Below are positions 27,939 to 38,192 of a stretch of DNA of 64,000 nt, piece by piece (within the stretch, counting starts at the first letter, position 1; each line of letters begins with the position of its first letter). The notes beneath the pieces are model-generated. The model made no database searches. It saw only the letters and a program-made list of their open reading frames with translations, and was not told the DNA's origin. Source of the DNA: Sphingomonadales bacterium (GTDB taxonomy: Bacteria > Pseudomonadota > Alphaproteobacteria > Sphingomonadales > Sphingomonadaceae); contig JAXDPI010000041.1 in NCBI GenBank assembly GCA_034668465.1, positions 381-64,380 on the forward strand, in the 5' to 3' direction. A program made the position numbers and the translations under genes.

Positions 27939-28678
27939 TGACTGGCCCGGCGATGAGGATTTGCACGATATTGAAACCGGCACTGGCCGCGCTGATCGCC
28001 TGGTGTTGCCTGCCTTCCGGCGTTGCGAATGCGAGCTCGCTGGAGATTTCGCCGGTGTCGGTCAATCTCGTCGCCGGCCAGAGCACCAGGGTCATCGAAA
28101 TAAGGAATCGCGGCGGTAGCTCCGTCGCGATTCAAATTCGCGCTTATGCCTGGTCCCAGTCGGGGAACACCGACGTTCTTGTTCCCACCAGAGACATCAT
28201 CCTTTCTCCTCCGATCTTCACCATTCCGGCGGGCGCCTCGCAGACCATAAGACTTCTGCTGCGGGGACCGGGAGGGACAGGGGAGCGCAGCTATCGGCTG
28301 CTGCTTGACGAAGTGCTTTCGCCCGACGCGCAGCGCAGTCAGGTCGGCATCGCTTTGCGCATCTCGCTTCCGGTGATTACGGCCGCAGCTTCGCCGCCGT
28401 CGCGTAGCCTGCGTTGGCGTGCCCGACGGGGCCCGGGCAACCAGATACTGGTCTCGGCCGCCAACACGGGCAATGTCTACGACAAGGTGCACGCAATCGC
28501 CGTGACCTTGCCGGACGGCAGCCACCCGGCGATCGCATCGAGTGGAGACAACCCCTACCTCCTCACCAACGCGCAACGTGAATGGGTCGTGCAGGGCGCC
28601 ACGCCGGCGCCCACGCTGCGACTGAATGTCACGACTCAGGCAGGCATTAGCGAGCATGTCCTTGTCATAGACTCCTGA
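27938..28678 (+). CDS. Fimbrial periplasmic chaperone (CsuC/PapD-like)
   Basis: IRNRG, SPPIFTIPAGASQTIRL, ERSYRLLLDEV, LRISLPV; start may be the ATG a few codons later. Confidence 0.9.
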   Translation: MTGPAMRICTILKPALAALIAWCCLPSGVANASSLEISPVSVNLVAGQSTRVIEIRNRGGSSVAIQIRAYAWSQSGNTDVLVPTRDIILSPPIFTIPAGASQTIRLLLRGPGGTGERSYRLLLDEVLSPDAQRSQVGIALRISLPVITAAASPPSRSLRWRARRGPGNQILVSAANTGNVYDKVHAIAVTLPDGSHPAIASSGDNPYLLTNAQREWVVQGATPAPTLRLNVTTQAGISEHVLVIDS

Positions 28679-31011
28679 TGCGCAGCGTCCTGGCCGGCAG
28701 CGCTCTGATCGCGACAATGCTGGTGGCAGGCACCGCGTTGGCGGCAGAACGCGCCCTGGTGCTGGAGATTGTCGTCAACGGGCGTCCGACTGGCCAGGTG
28801 GGCGAGTTTCTCGATCGCGACGGCGCAATCTACGCCAGGCCGTCCGACCTGTTCGAGCTAGGATTCGTCCTGCCTGAAGGTACGGCCATGGGCGCCGATC
28901 CGATTCCGCTCTCGGCGCTTCCCGACTTTCGCGCACGCGTCGATGAGGCCAGGCAGAGGCTGCTGGTGGAGGCGGGCGATTCCGCGCAGCGCCCGACCGA
29001 ATTGAGGAGCGGGACCGCGTCCGAACTCGCCCCCTTCTCGCCTCCGGGATTCGGTGCGGTGTTCAATTACGACATAGCCGTCACCTATGCTGGCGGCCGT
29101 GCGACGGGCGGCGCGCTGGCAGAGTTGAGCGCCTTCAGCCCCTATGGGGTGTTGCAGAGCTCGGCCCTCGTCAATCTCACGCCGTTTCCGGGCCAGAAGC
29201 GCTTCGCCCGCCTCGATACCACATTCACCGGCACCGAATTCTCCAGGCTGCGACGGTGGCGCCTCGGCGATGTCGTGACCGGCGCCTTGCCCTGGAGCCG
29301 GGCGGTGCGGCTCGGCGGCGTCCAGATCGCCAGCGACTTCGGATTGCGCCCAGACCTCGTCACCTATCCGTTGCCGCAGATCAGTGCTTCGGCGGCGGTC
29401 CCTTCGACGGTCAACGTGGTAGTCAACGGCATTCAGCAGCTTAGCCAGCCCGTCCAGCGGGGCCCGTTCGCCTTCCGGTCGCTTCCGGTCGTGACGGGCT
29501 CCGGCGAGATCGCCGTGACCGTGTCGGACCCCCTGGGCCGGCAAACCCTGATCACGCTACCCTTCTATGCCAGCGCCGCACTGCTGAGGCCCGGGCTTGC
29601 AAGCTATTCGCTCGAAATCGGCTCGGTGCGGGAGAACTTCGGCCAGGGCGACGACCGATACACCGGTTGGGCCGCAAGCCAGTCCTCGCGTTACGGATTG
29701 ACGGAGTGGCTGACGCTGGAAAGTCACGCCGAGGTGACCGGGCGACTGGGCCTGCTGGGCGGCGGCTTCACGATGCTGGTGGGCACCCTCGGCACGGTTA
29801 ATATCGCGGCCGCTGGCAGCATCGGACGCGGGCCGTCCTTCGCACGCTCGAGCGGGGCTTTGGTCGCGGTCGGCTTCGAGCGCAGGACCGCCAAATTCAG
29901 CATTGGCGCGAGCGGGACCTATGCGACCGCCGGCTATCGCGACATCGCCGCGGAACATGGCGCGCCGATGCCCAGGGCCTCGCTCAACGCCAGCCTGGGG
30001 TATCAGCTCGGCTGGTTGGGCAGCCTGGGCATCGCCTATAGCGGCCGCATTTCCAGGGCGCGGCCATCAGGTCCGATCCAAGCGTCGCCGGACGGGAGGC
30101 TCGCTGATCCGGACATTCATCTCGTCACGGGAAGCTACAGCGTTCCGATTGCGGGGCGCGCCGCTTTCTATGCAACCGGGTTCAGGGATCTTCGCGATCG
30201 CAGGGCCTATGGCATCGGCGTCGGGATCAGCTTCTCGCTCGGGCGGACGACCGCTTCGGCCCAGGTCTCGCGGGACGGCGGACAGTCCAGCTGGTCCGCG
30301 AACGTCTCCCGATCCACGCAGAAGCAGGACGATTTCGGCTACCGCGCGCAGCTTTCCGAAGGCGCCGCCTCGCGCGGCTCGCTGGAAGGAGAGTATCTCG
30401 GCTCCTGGGGCCGGGTATCGGCAGGAGTCGACCTCTCTTCTGGGGCAATTGCCGGACGCGCCGGGGCGCGGGGCGCGCTGGTCCTGGCCGGCGGGAGCCT
30501 GTTCGCGAGCGACCAGATCCACGACAGCTTTGCCGTGGTGAGCACGGGGAACGTCGGCGGCGTGCCGGTGCTGTACGAGAACCGGCCCATCGGCCGCACC
30601 GACGCGCGCGGCAGGCTCCTGATCCCGTCGCTGCTTTCCTATCGCAACAACCGGCTTGCGGTCGACGCGACCAAGCTGCCCCCCGACGTCGAGGTGGGGC
30701 AAACTTGGATGCTGGTGCGGCCGCCCGACCGATCGGGCGTGGTGGTGGATTTCAATATCCGCCGCGTGTCCGCCGCGCTGCTGACATTACACGACCGCGA
30801 CGGCAGTCCGGTTCCGCTCGGCTCGACGGTGCGGATCGCGGGCGCGGCGGACCAACCCGTGGGGCATGACGGCGAGGCCTATGTCGCAGGGTTGAAACCA
30901 GGCAACCGGGCAGAGGTCATCCTGCCGGACGGGAGCACATGCGTCGCGCAGTTCGACTATGTGCCGGTGAATGGCGAAATCCCCCTCATAGGACCGGTGC
31001 GATGCCAATGA
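28678..31011 (+). CDS. Fimbrial outer-membrane usher (CsuD-like)
   Basis: LEIVVNG, RLGGVQIASDFGLRPDLVTYP, GRTDARGRLLIPSLLSYRNN, VGHDGEAYV, terminal Cys pair. Confidence 0.93.
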   Translation: MRSVLAGSALIATMLVAGTALAAERALVLEIVVNGRPTGQVGEFLDRDGAIYARPSDLFELGFVLPEGTAMGADPIPLSALPDFRARVDEARQRLLVEAGDSAQRPTELRSGTASELAPFSPPGFGAVFNYDIAVTYAGGRATGGALAELSAFSPYGVLQSSALVNLTPFPGQKRFARLDTTFTGTEFSRLRRWRLGDVVTGALPWSRAVRLGGVQIASDFGLRPDLVTYPLPQISASAAVPSTVNVVVNGIQQLSQPVQRGPFAFRSLPVVTGSGEIAVTVSDPLGRQTLITLPFYASAALLRPGLASYSLEIGSVRENFGQGDDRYTGWAASQSSRYGLTEWLTLESHAEVTGRLGLLGGGFTMLVGTLGTVNIAAAGSIGRGPSFARSSGALVAVGFERRTAKFSIGASGTYATAGYRDIAAEHGAPMPRASLNASLGYQLGWLGSLGIAYSGRISRARPSGPIQASPDGRLADPDIHLVTGSYSVPIAGRAAFYATGFRDLRDRRAYGIGVGISFSLGRTTASAQVSRDGGQSSWSANVSRSTQKQDDFGYRAQLSEGAASRGSLEGEYLGSWGRVSAGVDLSSGAIAGRAGARGALVLAGGSLFASDQIHDSFAVVSTGNVGGVPVLYENRPIGRTDARGRLLIPSLLSYRNNRLAVDATKLPPDVEVGQTWMLVRPPDRSGVVVDFNIRRVSAALLTLHDRDGSPVPLGSTVRIAGAADQPVGHDGEAYVAGLKPGNRAEVILPDGSTCVAQFDYVPVNGEIPLIGPVRCQ

Positions 31012-31496
31012 CGCGATTGCGATCGCTGGGGCTCGGACTTGGCTGCCTGATCGTCCTGGAACCCGCGCCTGCCAGGGCAGGCGGCAACGTCAGTTGCAGC
31101 ATTTCCACCACAGCGCTCGTTTTCGGGCAATATGTCCCGTCGCGCAATGGAGCGTCCGACTTTACTGCGACGATCCAGGTGAACTGCATGTCTCCCGGCG
31201 AAGCACCCGTGCCGGTCCTGGGAAGCATTTCGCTGATCGGCCGGGGCGCGAATGGACGGCGTGAACTGACGGACCGCGCGCATCGCCTCATCTATCAGCT
31301 GTTTCTCGATCCCGCCCGAACGATTCCGTGGGGAGACGGGAGCGGCGAAAGCCGCACGCAGCCCATTTCCGGCGTAGCGGGTGGCGCCACTCCCTTTCGA
31401 GCGACCGTGACCGTCTATGGCCGCATTCTCGCGCGCCAGGCGGGAGCGTCGGTGGGAAGCTATTCCGATCAGATCACGGCGGTGCTGAGTTACTGA
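31008..31496 (+). CDS. Second spore-coat-U domain subunit (minor pilin)
   Basis: CSISTTALVFGQY, IQVNC, LIYQLFLDPARTIPWGDG, GSYSDQITAVLSY. Confidence 0.88.
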   Translation: MTRLRSLGLGLGCLIVLEPAPARAGGNVSCSISTTALVFGQYVPSRNGASDFTATIQVNCMSPGEAPVPVLGSISLIGRGANGRRELTDRAHRLIYQLFLDPARTIPWGDGSGESRTQPISGVAGGATPFRATVTVYGRILARQAGASVGSYSDQITAVLSY

Positions 31497-31794
31497 GAAC
31501 CCTGGGAGTCGATCCCCGGCTTCCGCGCGACGCCGAGCCGCATCGAGACGCGCGTCTCCTATTTTCAGTCAATGCGGATAAGCGCCTTGGTGATGGCATG
31601 AGGAACGGCGGCTTTCAGGGCTGCGCGAAGCGGTCGTGATCGGCCGTTATGGGCGCATAGCTGCCGTTCGCTCAGGGCTAATGATGCTCTCACACCCCAC
31701 CACCCTTGTCTGCCGTACCGCCTTGGCCACCCCAATCCCCGCCGCCAACGCGAGGATCAGCGAGCGCGTGACCGACAGCTCTGGGTTGCGCGCG

Positions 31795-31852
31795 CCGGAG
31801 GATGGCGCCGGCACGTCCCGCCCTGGTTCGGCTGGTGGAGCGCGAGCCGCAT
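31795..31852 (-). pseudogene. Degenerate duplicate of the trmL 5' end (att-like scar)
   Basis: Reads ATG CGG CTC GCG CTC CAC CAG CCG AAC CAG (MRLALHQPNQ), then a frameshifted GAILR-like remnant; 17 bp identical to 25893-25909. Confidence 0.85.
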
Positions 31853-32018
31853 GGCAGCCAATTAGCCGATGCAGCGTTCGCTGTCACAGCCGCCTCAAAA
31901 TGCCTGTTGGCAAAGGCCGTCCGCCCCGTCTATCAGGCGCGCCAAGCCGCCCGGGCCTGGCGCCGGCCCGGTGCGTAAGTGTCGCTTGTCCCGGTCCCCG
32001 TAGAAGCAGAAGGAATTT

Positions 32019-32588
32019 ATGGCTGCGGTTGAACTGAACGAGGGTGCGGCCCATGCGGTCGACGATGGCGGCGTCCGCCGCCGCGACTTCATCAACATCG
32101 CCGCGGTGAGCTTTGCCGGCGTCGGCAGCCTCGCGCTTCTCTATCCGCTGCTCGACCAGATGAACCCGTCGGCGGACATCCTCGCGCTCGCCCAGATCGA
32201 CGTCGACATCGCCGCGATCCGGCCCGGCCAGGCGATCAAGACGATCTGGCGCAAGCAGCCGATCTTCATCCGCAATTTGACCCCGGCCGAGATCAATGCC
32301 GCCAATGCGGTCGACACCGCCTCGCTGCGCGATCCGGCGACGCTCGCCGAGCGGACCAAGGAGGGCCATGCCAACTGGCTGATCACCTTGGGCGTGTGCA
32401 CCCATTTAGGCTGCGTGCCGCTGGGCGCGGCGGAGGGCGAGAATCGCGGCGAGTATGGCGGCTATTTCTGCCCCTGCCACGGCTCGCATTACGATACCGC
32501 GGCGCGCGTCCGCAAAGGGCCGGCGCCGCGCAATCTCGAAGTGCCGGAATATGAATTCACGGCGCCCACCGCCGTCCGCATCGGCTGA
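32019..32588 (+). CDS. petA: Ubiquinol-cytochrome c reductase Rieske subunit
   Basis: Tat RRDF; CTHLGC and CPCHGSHY. Confidence 0.97.
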   Translation: MAAVELNEGAAHAVDDGGVRRRDFINIAAVSFAGVGSLALLYPLLDQMNPSADILALAQIDVDIAAIRPGQAIKTIWRKQPIFIRNLTPAEINAANAVDTASLRDPATLAERTKEGHANWLITLGVCTHLGCVPLGAAEGENRGEYGGYFCPCHGSHYDTAARVRKGPAPRNLEVPEYEFTAPTAVRIG

Positions 32589-32600
32589 GGTTTTTCAAAG

Positions 32601-33902
32601 ATGAGCTTTCCCTGGGCTGAAGATTACAAACCCAAGCATCCCTTGATGCGCTGGCTCGACGACCGGCTGCCCTTGCCGCGGCTCGTCTTCAATTCGGTCG
32701 GCGGCGGCTATCCGGTGCCGCGCAACCTCAATTACATGTGGAATTTCGGCGTCCTCGCCGGCCTCGCTCTGGTCATCCAGCTGGTCACCGGCATCGTCCT
32801 GGCGATGCACTATAATTCGAACGCCGACACCGCTTTCACCTCGCTCGAGCATATCATGCGCGACGTCAATTGGGGCTGGTTCCTGCGCTACGCCCATTCC
32901 AACGGCGCGAGCTTCTTCTTCCTGGTCACCTATATCCACATCTTCCGCGGCCTCTATTACGGCTCGTACAAGGCGCCGCGCGAAATGGTCTGGATGCTCG
33001 GCCTCGTCCTCTTCCTGCTGATGATGGCGACCGCGTTCATGGGCTATGTCCTGCCCTGGGGGCAGATGAGCTTCTGGGCGGCCAAGGTGATCACCGGCCT
33101 GTTCGGCGCGATTCCCCTGGTCGGCGAGCCGATCCAGCATTGGCTGCTCGGCGGCTACGCGCCCGACCAGCCGACTTTGACCCGCTTCTTCTCGCTCCAT
33201 TACCTGCTGCCGTTCGTGATCGTCGGGGTGGTCATCCTCCACATCTGGGCGCTGCACATTCCCGGCTCGAGCAACCCCACCGGCGTCGACGTCAAGACCC
33301 CGCAGGACACCGTGCCCTTCCATCCTTATTACACCGCCAAGGACGGGTTCGGCGCGGGCGTCGGCCTGATCCTGCTCGCCTTGCTGATCTTCTTCGCGCC
33401 CAACATGCTCGGCCACCCGGTCAATTACGTGCCCGCCAACCCGCTCTCGACGCCGGCGCACATCACGCCCGAATGGTATTTCTGGCCCTATTACGCGATC
33501 CTGCGCGCGTTCACCGTCGATTTCATCCTGCCGGCCAAATTGTGGGGCGTGCTGGCGATGTTCTCCTCGATCCTGCTCCTGTTCTTCCTGCCCTGGCTCG
33601 ACAAGTCGCCGGTCCGCTCGGGCAGCTACCGGCCGATGTTCCGGATCTTCTTCCTGATCCTGATCATCGACATCCTCGTGCTCGGCTGGCTCGGCGGGCT
33701 GCCGGCCGAAGAGCCCTATGTGATGATGAGCCAGCTCGCGACGATGTATTATTTCGCGCACTTCCTGATCATCCTGCCGATCCTCTCCCTAGTCGAGCGG
33801 ACGCTGCCCTTGCCCAATTCGATTTCGGAGAGCGTGCTGCACGGCGAGGATGAAGAAGCCGCGCCCGCCGTCATTCCCGGCGTCACGCCGGCGCAAGCGT
33901 AA
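32601..33902 (+). CDS. petB: Cytochrome b
   Basis: [21 protein letters not shown]. Confidence 0.98.
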   Translation: MSFPWAEDYKPKHPLMRWLDDRLPLPRLVFNSVGGGYPVPRNLNYMWNFGVLAGLALVIQLVTGIVLAMHYNSNADTAFTSLEHIMRDVNWGWFLRYAHSNGASFFFLVTYIHIFRGLYYGSYKAPREMVWMLGLVLFLLMMATAFMGYVLPWGQMSFWAAKVITGLFGAIPLVGEPIQHWLLGGYAPDQPTLTRFFSLHYLLPFVIVGVVILHIWALHIPGSSNPTGVDVKTPQDTVPFHPYYTAKDGFGAGVGLILLALLIFFAPNMLGHPVNYVPANPLSTPAHITPEWYFWPYYAILRAFTVDFILPAKLWGVLAMFSSILLLFFLPWLDKSPVRSGSYRPMFRIFFLILIIDILVLGWLGGLPAEEPYVMMSQLATMYYFAHFLIILPILSLVERTLPLPNSISESVLHGEDEEAAPAVIPGVTPAQA

Positions 33903-33917
33903 GGGGACGATAGCCAC

Positions 33918-34826
33918 ATGGTCCGCATTCTCGGCTTCCTGGTCGGTCTCGGCTTCGTCGGCGTCGCCGCCTGGTCGCTGCTCTGGGGCGTGATCGCCTA
34001 TGTCGGCGATCCGCCGCAGCCGACCGCCGAGCAGCTCCACCACGAGCATCCGCGCAGCATCGCTTATTCGTTCGACGGCCCGTTCGGCCGCTGGGACCGC
34101 CAGCAGCTCCAGCGCGGCTTGCTCGTCTTCCAGGAGGTCTGCTCGGCCTGCCACAGCCTGAATCTGGTCGCGTTCCGCAACCTGCGCGATCTCGGCTACA
34201 CCGAAGCGGAAGTGCGCGCGATCGCCGACCGCTGGCGGATCCAGATGCCCTCGATCAACCCGGATACGGGCGAGCCCGCGCGGCGCAAGCCGATCCCGGC
34301 CGACCATTTCCCGAGCCCCTATCCCAACGAGACCGCGGCGCGCGCCGGCAACAACAACGCGCTGCCGCCCGATCTGTCGCTGATGGCCAAGGCGCGCGAG
34401 GGCGGCGCGGCCTATATCGAATCGCTGCTGACCGGCTATCAGGCGCCGCCGGCCGGGGTCGAGACGCCGCACGGGCTCCACTACAATCCCTATTTCGCCA
34501 ACCTCAACATCGCGATGCCGCCGCCGCTCACCGCCGACGGCCAAGTGACCTACGGGCCGGGCAACCCGCCGGCGACCCGCCAGCAGATGGCGCACGACGT
34601 CGCCGCCTTCCTGATGTGGGCGGCCGAGCCCAATCTCGAGCGGCGCCACGCGATCGGCCTGCCGGTGATCATCTTCCTGATCTTCGGCACGATCCTCGCT
34701 TATCTCGCCTATCAGAACATCTGGCACGGCCCGGCCAGCCGCCGCGTCCGCCCCACCGGCGCCCTCGATCCGGAGCATATAGCGAAAAACGAGGACGCGA
34801 AGGACGAGGCCGGCATCGCGGGCTGA
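33918..34826 (+). CDS. petC: Cytochrome c1
   Basis: CSACH, PPDLSLMAKAR, MPPPL, C-terminal TM. Confidence 0.97.
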   Translation: MVRILGFLVGLGFVGVAAWSLLWGVIAYVGDPPQPTAEQLHHEHPRSIAYSFDGPFGRWDRQQLQRGLLVFQEVCSACHSLNLVAFRNLRDLGYTEAEVRAIADRWRIQMPSINPDTGEPARRKPIPADHFPSPYPNETAARAGNNNALPPDLSLMAKAREGGAAYIESLLTGYQAPPAGVETPHGLHYNPYFANLNIAMPPPLTADGQVTYGPGNPPATRQQMAHDVAAFLMWAAEPNLERRHAIGLPVIIFLIFGTILAYLAYQNIWHGPASRRVRPTGALDPEHIAKNEDAKDEAGIAG

Positions 34827-34836
34827 AACCTTCCGG

Positions 34837-34859
34837 AAAATAGGGACAGTCCCTATTTT
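34837..34859. repeat. REP-like palindrome AAAATAGGGACAGTCCCTATTTT
   Basis: Perfect copy between convergent genes; overlaps the MaoC-gene stop codon. Confidence 0.9.
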
Positions 34860-35308
34860 TCGGGCGGGCGCCGCCGGATCAGCACGATCGAGGTGAAGGT
34901 GAGGACCGGGATGTCGTCCTGGTTGGTGACCGTCGTCTTGGTCCGGAACGAGCCGAGATCGGGCTTGGAGCGCGACGGCGTCTTGTCGAGGATCTCCCCG
35001 CGCACGTGGAGCGTGTCGCCGGGATAGACCGGCTTCAGCCAGCGCAATTCGTCGATCCCGGGCGAGCCCAGCCCGGCCTGCGGCTCGTCGGACGTCATAT
35101 GCCTGATCGTGGTCGCCATCACCATCGCGCAGGTGTGCCAGCCGCTCGCCGCCAGCCGGCCGAAATGGGTCTTCGCCGCCGCCTCGTCGGAGAGGTGGAA
35201 CGGCTGCGGATCATATTTGCGGGCGAATTCGAGCACCTCCTCGCGTGTCACCTCATAGCTGCCGAAATAGCGCTCCTTGCCGATTTCGAGGTCTTCGAAA
35301 TAGATCAC
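34853..35308 (-). CDS. MaoC-family dehydratase
   Basis: YFEDLEIG, DPQPFH, ASGWHT, LRWLKPVYPGDTL. Confidence 0.9.
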   Translation of the reverse strand: MIYFEDLEIGKERYFGSYEVTREEVLEFARKYDPQPFHLSDEAAAKTHFGRLAASGWHTCAMVMATTIRHMTSDEPQAGLGSPGIDELRWLKPVYPGDTLHVRGEILDKTPSRSKPDLGSFRTKTTVTNQDDIPVLTFTSIVLIRRRPPEK

Positions 35309-35323
35309 TTCGTTCTCCGTCAG

Positions 35324-36868
35324 CTAGGCGATCGCCAGCGCCGGCGTGCCGCGCGCGACGCTGGCGGTGGCCCGCTTCGAGATCGACCCGCCCGGCGTGC
35401 TCACCTTGTCGACCACCATATAATTGGTCCGCCATTCGTCGGGCGTGACGTCGCAGGTCAGATAGCCGCGCTGGTCGTTGATGAACTTGATCTGCGAATT
35501 CTCGGCGAGGATGCGGTCGCTGCCGCGCCTCAGGTCCGATCCGTCGCCGCCGCTCGAAATCGAGGTGGCGACGAACTCGACCGCGACCGGCGCATCGCGG
35601 TCGTGGAGCAGGCCGGCGAAATTCTGGTGCTCGTCGCCGGTCAGCACGACGACATTGTCGAGGCCCCTAAGCCGCGCCAGCAGCCGCTGCCGGGGCGCTT
35701 CATACCCGGCCCAGCTGTCCATGTTGATGATCCTGGCGGGCTCGTCATGGATGCGGCGGTCGATCGACATCATCATGATCTGCTGGGCCAGGCAGTTCCA
35801 GCGGGCCGGGTCGCGCTGCAGGTTGCGGGCCAGCCAGGCCTCCTGCGCGGCCCCGAGCACCGCCGCGTTGGGCGCCGCGACTTCGGCACAGGCGGGCTTG
35901 AAGCCGTCGTCGCAGGGCTGGTTCGAGCGGAACTGGCGGGTGTCGAGGATGTCCATCTCGAGCAAATTGCCGAACCGGGCGCTGCGGTGCATCGCGACGT
36001 CGCCGAATCGCGGCAGCTGCGCGCGCCGGACCGGCATATGCTCGTACCACGCCTGGAGCGCGGCCGCGCGGCGCAGCCTGAAAGTGTCGGCCGGCGAATC
36101 GTCGCCGGCCTCGCCGACCCAATTGTCGGTGATCTCATGATCGTCGAAGCTGTGGAAAAAGGCGTGCGCGGCGTGGGCGCGCTGCAAATCCGGGTCGCTT
36201 TTATACTGGCCGTAGCGCCGCCTGTAGTCGGCGAGATCGAACAGCTCCTGGCCGACGCTGCGGCGGACCGCGACGATCAATTCGCCTTCGCGGCCGCGGC
36301 GGGTGGCGCCGCCGCGATATTGGTAGATATAGTCGCCATAATGATAGACGAACGCCAGCTCCTCGTTCGCGAGGTGGCGGTAGGCGGTGTAATAGCCGTC
36401 GTCATAGGCCTGGCAGCCGCAGACGCCGAAGCGCAGCGCCGCCGGGCTGCTCGCCGCGAGCGGCAGCGTCCGCGCCCGGCCGTTGATGCTGCGCTCGCCG
36501 CCGGCGCGAAAGCGGTAATGATAAAGCCGGTCGGGCTGCAGGCCCGCGACCTCGACATGGACGGCGTGACCGAGCTCCGGGCGCGCCACCGCCTCGCCAT
36601 GCGCGACGACGCCGCGGAAGGCTTCGTCGCTGGCCACTTCCCAGGTGACCGCCATCGGCTCCATCACCATCCCGCCATGCTCGCCGAGCGGCTCGGGCGC
36701 GAGCCGCGTCCAGATCACGAACCCGTCGGGCGCCGGATCGCCGGCGGCGACGCCGAGCGCGAACGGATAGGAGTAGAAAAGCGATTGGGCGCGGAGGATG
36801 GCGGGCGCCGCAAAGGCGGTCGCGGCCGCGCCGGCGATGAAATGACGGCGATTGAGCAAGAATGCCAC
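35324..36868 (-). CDS. phoD: Alkaline phosphatase D family, Tat-exported
   Basis: NRRHF Tat motif, FALGVAAGDP, HYGDYIY, DDHEI.DNW, LDTRQFRS, TGDEH; GTG start inferred. Confidence 0.9.
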   Translation of the reverse strand: MAFLLNRRHFIAGAAATAFAAPAILRAQSLFYSYPFALGVAAGDPAPDGFVIWTRLAPEPLGEHGGMVMEPMAVTWEVASDEAFRGVVAHGEAVARPELGHAVHVEVAGLQPDRLYHYRFRAGGERSINGRARTLPLAASSPAALRFGVCGCQAYDDGYYTAYRHLANEELAFVYHYGDYIYQYRGGATRRGREGELIVAVRRSVGQELFDLADYRRRYGQYKSDPDLQRAHAAHAFFHSFDDHEITDNWVGEAGDDSPADTFRLRRAAALQAWYEHMPVRRAQLPRFGDVAMHRSARFGNLLEMDILDTRQFRSNQPCDDGFKPACAEVAAPNAAVLGAAQEAWLARNLQRDPARWNCLAQQIMMMSIDRRIHDEPARIINMDSWAGYEAPRQRLLARLRGLDNVVVLTGDEHQNFAGLLHDRDAPVAVEFVATSISSGGDGSDLRRGSDRILAENSQIKFINDQRGYLTCDVTPDEWRTNYMVVDKVSTPGGSISKRATASVARGTPALAIA

Positions 36869-36910
36869 GTCTGATTCCCCGATCTGCGCTTTTGCGGGGT
36901 CCGGCACCCC

Positions 36911-38011
36911 TCAAACGTTGAAGCGGAATAGCAAAACGTCGCCGTCCTGCACGACATATTCCTTGCCTTCGGCGCGCATCTTGCCCGCTTCCTTTGCCCC
37001 GGTCTCGCCCCCGCAGGCAATGAAATCCTCATAGGCGATCGTCTCGGCGCGGATGAAGCCGCGCTCGAAGTCGGTATGGATCACGCCTGCCGCCTCGGGC
37101 GCCTTGGCGCCCTTCTCGACGGTCCAGGCGCGCGCCTCCTTCGGCCCGGCGGTGAAGAAGGTGATCAAATGGAGCAGGTCGTAGCCGGCGCGGATGATCT
37201 GGCTGAGCCCGGTTTCGGTCAGCCCCAGATCGGCGAGGAACTCGGCCCGGTCGTTGGCCGCCATGGTCGCGATCTCGGCTTCGATCGCGGCCGAGATGAT
37301 CACCGCCTTGGCGCCCTCCGCTTGCGCCCTGGCGAACACCGCCGCGCTGTGCGCGTTGCCCGCGGCGGCGTCGCCCTCGTCGACGTTGCAGACGTAGAGC
37401 ACCGGCTTGGCGGTCAGCAGCTGCGCGCGCTCGAGCGCCAATTTCTCCTCATGGTCCCTGGGCTGCGTCAGCCGCGCCGGCTTCGCATCGCGCAGCAGCC
37501 CGAGCGCCTGCCCAAGCACGCTCGCCTGGATCTTGGCCTCCTTGTCGCCCTGCTGCGCCTTCTTGACCAGGTTCGGCACCCTTTTTTCGAGGCTTTCGAG
37601 GTCGGCGAGCATCAATTCGGTCTCGACCGTCTCGGCGTCCGCCACCGGATCGACCCGGCCTTCGACATGGGTGACGTCGCCGCCCTCGAAGCAGCGCAGC
37701 ACGTGGACGATCGCGTCGACCTCGCGGATGTTGCCGAGGAACTGATTGCCGAGCCCTTCACCCAATGAGGCGCCGCGCACCAGCCCGGCAATGTCGACGA
37801 ACTCGAGCTGGGTCTCGATCTCCTGCGCCGATTTGGCGATTTCCCGAATCCGGTCGAGCCTGGGATCGGGCACCGCGACCCGGCCGACATTGGGCTCGAT
37901 CGTGCAGAACGGATAATTCGCCGCCTGCGCCGCCGCGGTCTGCGTCAGCGCATTGAACAAGGTGGACTTGCCGACATTCGGCAGCCCGACGATTCCGCAA
38001 CGAAAGCCCAT
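36911..38011 (-). CDS. ychF: Redox-regulated ribosome-binding ATPase YchF
   Basis: [32 protein letters not shown]-terminal TGS domain. Confidence 0.97.
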   Translation of the reverse strand: MGFRCGIVGLPNVGKSTLFNALTQTAAAQAANYPFCTIEPNVGRVAVPDPRLDRIREIAKSAQEIETQLEFVDIAGLVRGASLGEGLGNQFLGNIREVDAIVHVLRCFEGGDVTHVEGRVDPVADAETVETELMLADLESLEKRVPNLVKKAQQGDKEAKIQASVLGQALGLLRDAKPARLTQPRDHEEKLALERAQLLTAKPVLYVCNVDEGDAAAGNAHSAAVFARAQAEGAKAVIISAAIEAEIATMAANDRAEFLADLGLTETGLSQIIRAGYDLLHLITFFTAGPKEARAWTVEKGAKAPEAAGVIHTDFERGFIRAETIAYEDFIACGGETGAKEAGKMRAEGKEYVVQDGDVLLFRFNV

Positions 38012-38014
38012 TCC

Positions 38015-38137
38015 TTCTCCCTCTCCCCACCGGGGAGAGGGCCGGGGAGAGGGGGAGTCCCTCATCCGGCCCATTGATTTGTGGATTTGCGGGAGAGTCT
38101 GCCCCTCTCCCAACCCTCTCCCCAGAGGGGAGAGGGC
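38015..38137. repeat. CCCTCTCCC...GGGAGAGGG intergenic repeat element
   Basis: Several CCCTCTCCC/GGGAGAGGG units forming nested hairpins; related short unit near 23410-23432. Confidence 0.75.
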
Positions 38138-38192
38138 TTTAGCGCCCCGTTAGACGTTGCGCTCGCCGATTGCCAGCTTAGTGTCCGCTGCC

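Larger units (their letters stand above)
25910..31852. mobile_element. Decayed integrative island inserted at the 5' end of trmL
   Basis: Duplicated trmL start at both ends, internal integrase remnant, AT-rich spacer and fimbrial cargo. Confidence 0.7.

Noticed and set aside
31534-31545. 12-bp match CGAGCCGCATCG to the trmL start region
   Set aside because: Short and GC-rich, and the translation diverges after MRL; the better att-like copy is at 31795-31852. It could be an older scar but is not supportable.
37990-38160. Extended starts for ychF and the protease (PSPRWGEG-type peptides)
   Set aside because: These are translations of the CCCTCTCCC/GGGAGAGGG intergenic repeat, not protein.
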